Source: Phycisphaeraceae bacterium
Lineage (GTDB): Bacteria; Planctomycetota; Phycisphaerae; Phycisphaerales; Phycisphaeraceae
Direction of reading: 5' to 3'
Assembly (NCBI GenBank): GCA_963674705.1
Contig: OY771506.1
Coordinates: 1,440,001 to 1,504,000 of the forward strand
DNA length: 64,000 bases
Shown one piece after another: positions 1-8,187 of this stretch. The notes below the pieces were generated by a model, which was not told where the DNA came from, did no database searches, and saw nothing but the letters and a program-made list of their open reading frames with translations. Each line of letters begins with the position of its first letter. Position 1 is the first letter of the stretch. The position numbers and the translations under genes are program-made.

Positions 1-28
1 CTTTTTTAACTGTTGAGGTAGCAAAAGA

Positions 29-639
29 ATGGCAGAGCAGAAAGCAACGAACATCACCTGGCACGAAGGCAAAGTGACGCCGGAAGAGCGCCAGAAAAAC
101 ATGGGCCAAAAAGGCTGCACCCTGTGGATGACCGGCCTGTCCGGCAGCGGTAAGTCCACTGTGGCAGTGGCTTTAGAGCAGGTTCTCATGCAGCGGGGCA
201 AGCACGCCTACCGTCTGGACGGCGACAACATCCGCATGGGCCTGAACAAGAACCTGGGCTTCAGTGCCGAGGACCGCGACGAGAACATCCGCCGGATCGG
301 CGAGGTAACCAAGCTCTTCGCCGATGCCGGGATCATCAGCATCACCAGCTTCATCAGCCCCTACCGTGCCGCCCGCGACATGGTCCGTGAACTGCACGAA
401 TCGGCCAACATCCCGTTCTGGAAGTCCACGTCGACTGTTCCCTGGAAGAGGCCGAGAAGCGTGACCCCAAGGGTCTGTACAAGAAGGCCCGCGCCGGCGA
501 AATCAAAGGCTTCACCGGTATCGACGACCCGTTCGAAGCGCCCGAGAAACCTGAAGTCGTCATCAAGACGCACGAACTGAGCATCGAAGAATCGGTTCAG
601 GCACTGTTGGACGCGCTGGCGGAACGTGGGTTGATCTAA
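29..639 (+). pseudogene. cysC: Adenylyl-sulfate (APS) kinase with an apparent 1-nt frameshift near 418
   Basis: Motifs [12 protein letters not shown] and [22 protein letters not shown]. The canonical C-terminus ([41 protein letters not shown]) continues in another frame after ~418 and ends at TAA 637-639. Confidence 0.9.
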
Positions 640-665
640 TATTTAACGCAGATACTTCCGGGTAT

Positions 666-744
666 GTCGGAGCAAGCTCCGACGCTAAACGGGGGGTGTT
701 GGCGTTACGTAAACGAACGTTTAGCGGGCGAGTTTACTCGCCCG
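666..744. repeat. REP pair upstream of RAYT-1
   Basis: GTCGGAGC-AA-GCTCCGAC-GCTAAACG (666-691) and the inverted-head copy CGTTTAGC-GGGCGAGT-TT-ACTCGCCCG (718-744). The second copy is followed by a T-run and may also terminate cysC. Confidence 0.85.
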
Positions 745-801
745 TTTTTTTGCGCCGTTTTTTTATTTACATATCCAACCGCGCCGGTTACGATCCATCG
801 C

Positions 802-1371
802 ATGGTCCGGGCATATCACCTGATTCTTTCCTGTTACGGGTTCTGGTTGCCGAACGATCCGCGGGGTTCGTGGTCTGATGAAGTTCGCCGCTACGAGTTG
901 TTGCGCTTCGGCCCGGCAACGAAAGTCAATACACGCCGATCGGTCGCGGGCATCCAACATGATTACACGCAGCGCGCTGCAGCAATATCGGCGCTGGTCC
1001 GACCACCGGTTCAATTCAACGGCAAACAGGCGCGGGCGGTTGCAAATGGTTTTGCGGATGTGTGTTCGGCAAACAGTTATCTCGTTTGTGCCTGTGCGGT
1101 CATGACGGACCATGTTCACATGGTGATTGCGCGTCATTCAGTGCACACATGCGAACAGATCGCGCGACGTTTAAAAGCAAAAGCCACGCAACGATTGAAC
1201 AAGGACGGCCTGGGGCTCGGTTATTCACCGTGGGCAAAGGGTGAATGGAAGGTATATCTGAACACGCCCGAAAGTATCGTGCGTGCGATCCGATACGTCG
1301 AGCGCAACCCGATCAAGGCGGGGTTCAAGGCGCAGCGCTGGAAGTTTGTGACGCCGTACGATGGTTTGTGA
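802..1371 (+). CDS. REP-associated tyrosine transposase (IS200/IS605 TnpA-like, HUH Y1), RAYT-1
   Basis: Motifs YHLILSCYGFWLPNDPRGS, HUH motif DHVHMV and catalytic Tyr in AIRYVERNP. Flanked by hairpin repeats. ATG 802 lies 7 nt after TACGAT. Confidence 0.85.
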   Translation: MVRAYHLILSCYGFWLPNDPRGSWSDEVRRYELLRFGPATKVNTRRSVAGIQHDYTQRAAAISALVRPPVQFNGKQARAVANGFADVCSANSYLVCACAVMTDHVHMVIARHSVHTCEQIARRLKAKATQRLNKDGLGLGYSPWAKGEWKVYLNTPESIVRAIRYVERNPIKAGFKAQRWKFVTPYDGL

Positions 1372-1389
1372 ATTTGTTATGTCGGATAT

Positions 1390-1478
1390 GTCGGAGCAAG
1401 CTCCGACGCTAAACGGGTGTGGTGGTGTGATAGGGTTAAATGAATCCAATCACTTTTAGCGTGCGAGCTTGCTCGCAC
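1390..1478. repeat. REP pair downstream of RAYT-1
   Basis: GTCGGAGCAAGCTCCGACGCTAAACG (1390-1415, identical to 666-691) and TTTAGC-GTGCGAGC-TT-GCTCGCAC (1455-1478). Confidence 0.85.
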
Positions 1479-1510
1479 ATCAATTTAACTCGCACAACAA
1501 TGTCCCCCCC

Positions 1511-2419
1511 CTATTCACTCGCAATATCGGGGTCTTGATAACCAACAGACGTATACCCCAGCAGCGCGTTGGCGGTGTCGTCCCAGGGGGCGCTGGGATC
1601 GGTGAGTTTGTCGATTTCGGGGTTGCTGTCCTGGTCTTTAGCAAAGAGGCGGTCGGCTTCGATGGCGGAGCCGGCACCGTATTTGGTATCGGTTACGCTT
1701 CCCTGTTCGAACAAAGCGCTGCCGTCACCGCGGCCGATGCTGCCGGCCCATTCTTCGTCATCTTCGGATGTGTGGATGCTGTAGATCTTGTCGAAGTTGT
1801 TGCCGATACGGCCGCCGGGGATGCGGGCACGGTCGGCGAGTAGCACGGCCTGTGTGTTGATCGATTGTTTCCACTCGCGAGCCCTGCCGGCTTGGTTCGG
1901 GCGGATCTTTTCTTCCATCCTGTTTGGTGAGTTGGCGTCGTCGTGTAGGTTGAGCATGGCGTAGGAGTAATTGGCGGAAGTGACCGGGCCGGTCATCCAA
2001 GGGGTTTTGGTTTCAGCGGGGCTGATGATGTAGTCGCCGGAGAAGTTGTTGTTATCCAGCATGATCCAGTAGCGCGCTTCAATAGTTGCTCCGTGGCCCG
2101 ATGCACCGGTATCCGAGGTAAATGGATCGCCGTTGTCGTAATGGATATAGCCCTTGCTATCGACGCCGGGCATATGTTCCTTGTTGCCGTTAGCGTAGGT
2201 AACCATGCCCTGACAAATGCCGCGGATCTGGGTGGTGTTTTTCATGAGTCGGTGTCCGCCCCCACGTGACTGATTCAGTACCGGCAGGACGATCGCCAGC
2301 ACGAGCAGTGCAAGGATGGCAGTTACGACAATGATCGCGATGAGTTTGGTCAGGCTTTTTGAGTTCAGTTGGACGTGTTCATCTGAAGAGGTTTCGTTTT
2401 GATTTGGTTGCGGGTCCAT
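1511..2419 (-). CDS. Pilin-like/DUF1559-like protein lacking the prepilin cleavage motif
   Basis: Hydrophobic helix ending LPVL, then KNTTQIRGICQGMVTYA. C-terminal H..GDG motif. Paralog of the adjacent gene, with GGAG upstream of ATG 2419. Confidence 0.7.
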   Translation of the reverse strand: MDPQPNQNETSSDEHVQLNSKSLTKLIAIIVVTAILALLVLAIVLPVLNQSRGGGHRLMKNTTQIRGICQGMVTYANGNKEHMPGVDSKGYIHYDNGDPFTSDTGASGHGATIEARYWIMLDNNNFSGDYIISPAETKTPWMTGPVTSANYSYAMLNLHDDANSPNRMEEKIRPNQAGRAREWKQSINTQAVLLADRARIPGGRIGNNFDKIYSIHTSEDDEEWAGSIGRGDGSALFEQGSVTDTKYGAGSAIEADRLFAKDQDSNPEIDKLTDPSAPWDDTANALLGYTSVGYQDPDIASE

Positions 2420-2443
2420 GTTCATGCTCCGGAATGTGGATGA

Positions 2444-3325
2444 TTAATCGCTTGCGATGTCGGGGTCTTCATAGCCGACGGAGGTATAACCGAGTAATGC
2501 GTTGGCAGTGTCGTCCCATGTGGCATTGGAGTCAGTGAGTTTGTCGATTTCGGGATCGCTGTCCTGGTCTTTAGCAAAGAGGCGATCGGCTTTGATGGCG
2601 GGGCCGTTGCCGTATTGGGTGTCGATAAAGTCTTCGGTGGCTGATTGAGCGCTTCCGTCGCCGAAGCCGATGTCGCCTATCCAATCCTTGTTCGGCTTTG
2701 TGTGGATGCTGTAGATACCTTCGTACCTATTGCTGATCCGTCCACCGGGGATGCGGGCGCGGGTCGAGAGGAGTACGGCTCTTGAGTTTATATCTTGTTT
2801 CCATGCACTGACCCGCCCGGTCTGGTCGGGGCGGGTTTGTTTGTCTGGCAAGGCGTTGCCATCGCTGTGGATGTTGAGCATGGCGTAGGAGTAGTTGGCG
2901 GAGGTGACTTCGCCGGTGGTCCAAGGGATTTTGGTTTCAGCGGGGCTGATGATGTAATCGCCGGAGAAGTTGTTGTTGTTGAGCATGAGCCAGAAACGAC
3001 CTTCGACGGTTCCGCCGTGGCTGGTTAACGGCATGCGGTCGTCGTTATCACCGTCGACATCGCGGATGAGGTAGCCGTTGCTATTGAGTCCGGGCAGGTA
3101 TTCGTTGTTACCACCGGCGTAGGTGAACATGCCCTGTGTGATACCTCGTGCCTGCGAAGTCGTTTTCATGCAACGAGCCGCTCTGCGTGCTGCGCCGAGC
3201 GCCGGCAGGAGGACACCGATGATGATCAGCAGCAGAATGGTGCTGCCGATGATGATTTTGGCGAGTTTGAATCGGCCCGGATTCGGATTAGCGGGTTGGT
3301 TTGCAGGTTGTGGCGGGATGTCCAT
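2444..3325 (-). CDS. Pilin-like/DUF1559-like protein lacking the prepilin cleavage motif
   Basis: [32 protein letters not shown] helix and C-terminal H..FGDG. GGAG upstream of ATG 3325. Confidence 0.75.
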   Translation of the reverse strand: MDIPPQPANQPANPNPGRFKLAKIIIGSTILLLIIIGVLLPALGAARRAARCMKTTSQARGITQGMFTYAGGNNEYLPGLNSNGYLIRDVDGDNDDRMPLTSHGGTVEGRFWLMLNNNNFSGDYIISPAETKIPWTTGEVTSANYSYAMLNIHSDGNALPDKQTRPDQTGRVSAWKQDINSRAVLLSTRARIPGGRISNRYEGIYSIHTKPNKDWIGDIGFGDGSAQSATEDFIDTQYGNGPAIKADRLFAKDQDSDPEIDKLTDSNATWDDTANALLGYTSVGYEDPDIASD

Positions 3326-3416
3326 CGCCGTGCTCCGGAAGTTCATGTGTCTACGCAATTATAGCACAGTGCATCCGAAACCGGTGTGATGCGTTGTGAA
3401 GTTTCAGCTCGGTCGG

Positions 3417-3450
3417 CCCTCACCCCGGCCCTCTCCCGCGGGGAGAGGGG
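3417..3450. repeat. REP-like hairpin CCCTCACCCCGGCCCTCTCCC-GCG-GGGAGAGGG
   Basis: 9-bp perfect stem (3429-3437/3441-3449) with a CCCTCACCCC head, intergenic. Confidence 0.6.
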
Positions 3451-3485
3451 GTGAATGCATGCTAATAGCGTCGCGCTGATTTTAA

Positions 3486-3512
3486 CTCTGCGGACTCCGC
3501 GTGCTCTGCGGT
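3486..3512. repeat. Degenerate nonamer tandem repeat (CTCTGCGGA CTCCGCGTG CTCTGCGGT)
   Basis: Three 9-nt units next to the stop codon of the upstream gene. Confidence 0.55.
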
Positions 3513-3515
3513 GAA

Positions 3516-4598
3516 TTACTTCCGTCCTGCACGTTCCATATCACGCAGGCGGATTTGTTCTTCATCCGCGGCTTTCTTTTCAGCGTTGCGTTCTCGCTCC
3601 AGTTCATCGTTGGGATCGAGTTTGGCTTGCCAGTCGTAGGGGACCATGGCCCAGGTGAGTTCGCCGCTGGGGTGGCATTCGAAGATGGTGTAGCCGGGGC
3701 CGCAGCCGTTGAAGTCGCCGGCCCACCAGGAGCCTGAAACGGCGGGGCTGGTCAAGTACCACACATCGTGCCAGCGGTATTCTTCGGGGCGGTGGGTGTG
3801 GCCTTGCAATAGCGCTTTGACACCGTGGCGTTCGAGGATTTTTTGGAGCTTGAGTGTGTCGCGGACGATGGCCCATGCGGGCATGCCTTCGGCCTTGGGA
3901 TCGCCTTGCTGCTGCGCGATGTTGCAGTATGCGGCGATGTGCGTGGTGACGATCTTCGGGCGATCGCCCGCCGAGCCCAGGTCATACGCGAGCCATTCGA
4001 GTTGTTCATCGCCGATGCGCGCTTCGTAGCTCGGGCCGGAGTCGGGGTTGGTCGGGTGGATGCAGTCGAGGACAGCGAAGTGCCAGCCCTTGTGGTCGAA
4101 GCTGTAGTACGGGCTTTCCCATTCGAGCTGGTCCATGATGTACTTCTTGCCGAAGTCGGGATCGGACGGCTCGACCTTGCGGCGGGAGTTCCAGCCGAGC
4201 ACATCGTGGTTACCCATGCAGTTGTAGTACGGGATGCCGAGCGAATCGGAGATCTCTTTGTAGAGACGGACCTGTTCGATGAATTTTGCTTTCTCGGTAT
4301 AGAGCCCGTCGAAGGCAAGGTCGCCGCCCATCTGCGCGAAGTCGACCTTGGGCGTGAGCGCTTTGACGGTTTCGATGCATTTGAGATAACCCTCGTCACC
4401 GTGGCGTCGTGTGGTGACGTGCATGTCGGTGAGATGCACGAAGCGGAAGCCCCCGGAAGTTGCGCCCCCTGAAGTACCGGCGGCCGATGTCTTACTGGCG
4501 GCGATTGTTTTGGAAGCGCAGCCCGGGATGGTCAGTGCCCCTGCGGCGAGTGCGGTGGTAGCGAGGAATTCACGGCGGTTGAGGGGGTTTGTGTTCAT
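3516..4598 (-). CDS. Tat-exported calcineurin-like metallophosphoesterase
   Basis: Twin-arginine signal NRREFL. Motifs TDMH, GGD, GNHD, H and GHTH. Confidence 0.9.
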   Translation of the reverse strand: MNTNPLNRREFLATTALAAGALTIPGCASKTIAASKTSAAGTSGGATSGGFRFVHLTDMHVTTRRHGDEGYLKCIETVKALTPKVDFAQMGGDLAFDGLYTEKAKFIEQVRLYKEISDSLGIPYYNCMGNHDVLGWNSRRKVEPSDPDFGKKYIMDQLEWESPYYSFDHKGWHFAVLDCIHPTNPDSGPSYEARIGDEQLEWLAYDLGSAGDRPKIVTTHIAAYCNIAQQQGDPKAEGMPAWAIVRDTLKLQKILERHGVKALLQGHTHRPEEYRWHDVWYLTSPAVSGSWWAGDFNGCGPGYTIFECHPSGELTWAMVPYDWQAKLDPNDELERERNAEKKAADEEQIRLRDMERAGRK

Positions 4599-4649
4599 GG
4601 GGCAGATTATATAACAGTTGCCCTATGGGGATGGGCGACCCGGTGAAGT

Positions 4650-4680
4650 AAAGATAGTATTTAGCCTAAATACTATCTTT
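4650..4680. promoter_or_regulatory. Perfect 15-bp AT-rich palindrome, candidate operator
   Basis: AAAGATAGTATTTAG-C-CTAAATACTATCTTT, upstream of the metallophosphoesterase -10 box (4606-4611). Confidence 0.5.
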
Positions 4681-4719
4681 GTGGTGGTTGGTGGTTGGTG
4701 GTTGGGTAGGAACTCCACG

Positions 4720-4757
4720 CCAACACCGGTCCTGAGCGAAGCGAAGGGGCGGGTATC
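4720..4757 (+). repeat. Dispersed hairpin element family A (CAACRCCGGTCCYGAGCGAAGCGAAGG..CGGGT), copy 1
   Basis: Further copies at 31717-31749 (minus) and 61581-61614. Preceded by (GGTGGTT)3 at 4683-4703. Confidence 0.8.
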
Positions 4758-4843
4758 TTTGTGGTTAGTGATCAAGGGTTGGCGTTGAGAAAACAGCCGC
4801 CGGCCCGCCCGCGGGGGGGATTATTGATGATTGAGCGGTTTTT

Positions 4844-4874
4844 ACCCGCGGCAGCTTCGCAGCCCGCGGCTTGG
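4844..4874 (+). repeat. Dispersed repeat family B (ACCCGCGGCAGCTTCGCAGCCYRCGGCTTG), copy 1
   Basis: Near-identical copies at 12667-12696 and 25524-25554. Confidence 0.85.
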
Positions 4875-4883
4875 TGAGGCTAT

Positions 4884-5063
4884 TTACCGGATGACGACCC
4901 AGTTCGCTAGAAGCAGGATCCAGGTGATTGCGCCGATCCCGCAGATCGTGTTGAAGGTCGTGTCGCCCAAGCGGCCGCCTACCAAGACCGCGAGCACGCC
5001 TAATGCGATCGTGTAGGTGATCAATAACAAGGCGCGGTGTGGATGGACGCGCGTGTGTTTCAT
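4884..5063 (-). CDS. Small two-helix membrane protein (59 aa)
   Basis: MKHTRVHPHR followed by two hydrophobic stretches. TATAAT lies 6 nt before the ATG. Confidence 0.6.
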   Translation of the reverse strand: MKHTRVHPHRALLLITYTIALGVLAVLVGGRLGDTTFNTICGIGAITWILLLANWVVIR

Positions 5064-5100
5064 TCGTGCATTATAGGGTGACGTACTCGACGTTGACAGG

Positions 5101-6564
5101 TCAGGCGGGCTCATCGAGGTGGTATTGCTTGATTTTTTTGTAGAGGGTGCTGCGGTTGATGTCGAGTTGTTTGGCGGTCTCTTGGCGGTTCCAGTCGTTG
5201 GCTTGCAGGGCGGCGAGGATGATGCGGCGTTCGGGTTCCTGGAGCGCATCGGCCAGGGGCATGGGGGTCCAGCCGTCGGCGAGCGCGGGGATTACTCCCC
5301 CACCCCCACCTTCAGAAGTTGAACTACGTGATCCACCAGCGCCGGCGGGCACCAGGCCCGGGTTCGTTGCGGCGATGATCGGTTCGGGCAGGTCGGTGAG
5401 TTCGATTTCGTTGTTCTTGCTGAGGACGACGGCACGTTCGACGGCGTTTTCCAGTTCGCGCACGTTGCCGGGCCAGGTGTAGTGGCGAAGGGCTTCGGTG
5501 ACTTCTTCGTTGAAGCGGCGCGAGCGGCCGAGTTCTTTGCAGTGTTTTTCGAGGAAGTGTGATGCCAATAGCGGTACGTCACCGAGGCGGTCGCGCAGCG
5601 GGGGCATGTTGACGTTGACGACGTTGATGCGGTAGTAGAGGTCTTCGCGGAAGTCGCCGGCCTGGACCATCGGTTCGAGCGATTGATTGGTCGCGAGCAC
5701 GAAGCGCACATCCACATGGATGGTTTTGTTTGAGCCGACGGCTTCGAAGGCTTTTTCCTGTAAGACGCGCAGGAGTTTGAGCTGCAGCGCGGGGGTGGCG
5801 GAGTTGATTTCGTCGATGAAGAGGGTCCCGCCGTCGGCCGCGAGGATCTTGCCGGGCTTGTCGTGATCGGCGCCGGTGAATGCGCCTTTGACGTGGCCGA
5901 ACAATTCGGATTCGAGTAGCGTCTCGGGAACCGAGCCGCAGGCGAAGGTGATGAACGGCCCGCCGGAACGCGGGCTCATCGTGTGGATAGCGCGACCGAT
6001 CAGGCTTTTACCTGTGCCGGACTCACCTGTGACAAGGACGGTGGTTTTGCTCTCGGCGACTGTTTCGATGAGATCGTAGATCTTCTGCATCTTGTAGTCG
6101 TTGCCGACGAGGTTGCCCATGCCAAAGCGTTCGGAGAGCTGGGTCTTGAGCGATTTGTTTTCGTGGACGAGTGTGTGCTGGTTGACGGCCTTGTTGACCG
6201 CGAGGCGCAGTTCATCATCGACGACGGGTTTGGTGAGATAATCGACCGCGCCAAGACGCACCGCTTCGACGGCCGAGTCGATCTTGCCGAAGCCGGTGAC
6301 GACGATGGGGACGATGGACTCATGGTTCTTGCGGACGTTTCTGATCAGCTCCATGCCGTCGCAACGGGGCATGTTCATATCGGCGATGAGGATGCCGAAG
6401 CCGTCGCCGTTGGGTGAGTGCGACTCATCGTCGAGGATGTTTATGGCTTCAACGCCGTCGCCGGCTGTTGCAGTGGCGTAGCCTTCCTTGCCGAGGAACT
6501 CGGCAAGGCTGTCGGCGACGATGGGGTCGTCATCTACGATGAGGATGCGTGTTTTTTCAGCCAT
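5101..6564 (-). CDS. Sigma-54-dependent response regulator (NtrC/AtoC family)
   Basis: Receiver domain (LIVDDD..DMNMP), AAA+ motifs GESGTGK, GAFTGA and WPGNVRELEN, and a Fis-type HTH. Confidence 0.95.
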   Translation of the reverse strand: MAEKTRILIVDDDPIVADSLAEFLGKEGYATATAGDGVEAINILDDESHSPNGDGFGILIADMNMPRCDGMELIRNVRKNHESIVPIVVTGFGKIDSAVEAVRLGAVDYLTKPVVDDELRLAVNKAVNQHTLVHENKSLKTQLSERFGMGNLVGNDYKMQKIYDLIETVAESKTTVLVTGESGTGKSLIGRAIHTMSPRSGGPFITFACGSVPETLLESELFGHVKGAFTGADHDKPGKILAADGGTLFIDEINSATPALQLKLLRVLQEKAFEAVGSNKTIHVDVRFVLATNQSLEPMVQAGDFREDLYYRINVVNVNMPPLRDRLGDVPLLASHFLEKHCKELGRSRRFNEEVTEALRHYTWPGNVRELENAVERAVVLSKNNEIELTDLPEPIIAATNPGLVPAGAGGSRSSTSEGGGGGVIPALADGWTPMPLADALQEPERRIILAALQANDWNRQETAKQLDINRSTLYKKIKQYHLDEPA

Positions 6565-6566
6565 GG

Positions 6567-7415
6567 TCAGTCGTTGGTTTGGGTGGTGTTTGATGTTGTT
6601 GCGTTTTTGTGTTGATGCAGGCTTGCTTCGGGGTATCGCATGACGAGAGAAGCGCCGCCTTCGGGTCTTGGGCGGAGTTCGAGTTTGCCTTGGAGGTTTT
6701 TAGCGACCTGTTGGCTGAGCGAGAGGCCGAAGCCGTGGCCGTCGGGCTTGCTGGTGTGGCCGATGCGGAGGTTGCCGGCGTCGTCGATCATGTCGGGGTC
6801 GATGCCCGGGCCGTCATCGTTGATGAGCAGCCAGACGGTGCCGGTCTCGAACCGGGCGATGATGTTGATGTGGTGTGGCGATGCGTCGGCAGGACTTGCG
6901 GGGCTTCCGAGGGCTTGCATATCCGCGATGGCTTCAATGCTGTTAAGGATCGCATTAGCGACAACGGGGAAGACGGGTCCGGCGGGCAGTGCAGCGGCGC
7001 GGGGGTCGACTTGCAGCGAAAGCTCGATGTTGTGATGCTCGGCCGACGGTTTGTGGATATCGACGATCTGCTCAAGCGTTTGGCCCAGCGTTTGGGATTG
7101 CGTAAACAGTTCGGTTGGCTGGGGCGCTGCTTTCATGAAGGCGCGGACAAGCGACGCCATCTGCCGCATGGCTTTGTCGGTGGTCTGCAATCTATTGAGT
7201 AGATCGTTGTTGTAGGCTTCGGCCTGGGGGGTGTTTTCGCTAAGGCTGTGGATCGCCAGGCCGATGTGCCGCATGGAGCCGTCCAACAGGTTGGCAAGCT
7301 CGTGCGCAAGCTGGGCGGCAGTGGCCGGCGACTGCGGCGCAGACTGTGCCTGCTTTGCAGTGTCTTGCGGGGGCATCACGGGATCGTTCGGGTTGTTGTT
7401 GTTTACAGACGACAT
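6567..7415 (-). CDS. Cytoplasmic histidine kinase without a sensor domain
   Basis: H-box LAHELANLL, N-box NAILNSIEA, G-boxes DDGPG and GHGFGL. No TM segment. Confidence 0.85.
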   Translation of the reverse strand: MSSVNNNNPNDPVMPPQDTAKQAQSAPQSPATAAQLAHELANLLDGSMRHIGLAIHSLSENTPQAEAYNNDLLNRLQTTDKAMRQMASLVRAFMKAAPQPTELFTQSQTLGQTLEQIVDIHKPSAEHHNIELSLQVDPRAAALPAGPVFPVVANAILNSIEAIADMQALGSPASPADASPHHINIIARFETGTVWLLINDDGPGIDPDMIDDAGNLRIGHTSKPDGHGFGLSLSQQVAKNLQGKLELRPRPEGGASLVMRYPEASLHQHKNATTSNTTQTND

Positions 7416-7551
7416 CCGGTATGGATATCGATCCGATAGCGTTGTGGATTAAGCACGACGTCGCGATCAGGCAACATTGTTCGGTGGTTGATGACGATGC
7501 GTACGGGCATCATCGGGTCGAAGCGAGAGCGTATAGAGATTATCGGTCATA

Positions 7552-8031
7552 TCAGGCTGCTTCGGCGCTTGATTCGGGATCTGCTTCGACTTTTTGCTCC
7601 GTCACGACTTTGACATCTGTTGAGTCTTCCGATTCGGTCTCTTGTTCGACGGTTGAAGGCTTTTCGGCGGGCTCATCTTCCGCGGCACACCATTTAGCGC
7701 CGGGCCAGTCGACGGGTTGATCTTCGGTGCCGTGATAGCTGAACTGGCATCGTCGCACACCCGCGCCGCACACTTTCATCAATGCCTTATCGAGCAGGTC
7801 GCTGGTGATTTGGGCGGGGTCATCGAGTTTGCTTAGGCAGACGTGCAGGTCGCAAGCCCCGCCGGGATTATGCACGCCGAGGACCGCCGCAATGATTTCA
7901 TGCTCATGTTGAGTGATGAGACTGATGTTCGGGTCGATGTCATTGGCCCGGATATCGAACCCAACGGACCTGGCGAACTCGGCCGCGGCTTCGATGCCTT
8001 CGGGGCGCAATTGTGAGACTTCGGTCGTCAT
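7552..8031 (-). CDS. Hypothetical protein, possible GNAT-like fold with acidic tail
   Basis: ORF with coding-like composition. LLDKALMKV..GVRRC resembles the GNAT C-terminal helix/strand. Confidence 0.5.
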   Translation of the reverse strand: MTTEVSQLRPEGIEAAAEFARSVGFDIRANDIDPNISLITQHEHEIIAAVLGVHNPGGACDLHVCLSKLDDPAQITSDLLDKALMKVCGAGVRRCQFSYHGTEDQPVDWPGAKWCAAEDEPAEKPSTVEQETESEDSTDVKVVTEQKVEADPESSAEAA

Positions 8032-8132
8032 GACGGTCTTCCCGGTGCGTGTCTGAAGCAGACACATTCACACCGGAGTTATCGGTTAGTGCGGGGGGTG
8101 GGTTTTGCACGGCTGGTGCGTCACATAAAACA

Positions 8133-8154
8133 CCCACGGATGGCGATCCGTGGG
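8133..8154. repeat. Hairpin CCCACGGAT-GGCG-ATCCGTGGG (family C relative), likely ileS terminator
   Basis: 9-bp stem followed by GTTTTAT on the minus strand, downstream of ileS. Confidence 0.6.
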
Positions 8155-8187
8155 CGTTAGGTGTTGGTACATGTTAAGTTGTGCGGA

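Noticed and set aside
664..801. N-terminal extension of RAYT-1 in the ORF track (likewise 29603-29650 for RAYT-2)
   Set aside because: The extension runs through REP hairpins. The family motif and the -10 box point to the downstream ATG.
1511..3325. Diversity-generating retroelement template/variable repeats among paralogs
   Set aside because: No reverse transcriptase is present in the window, both copies are coding, and the differences are not adenine-specific.
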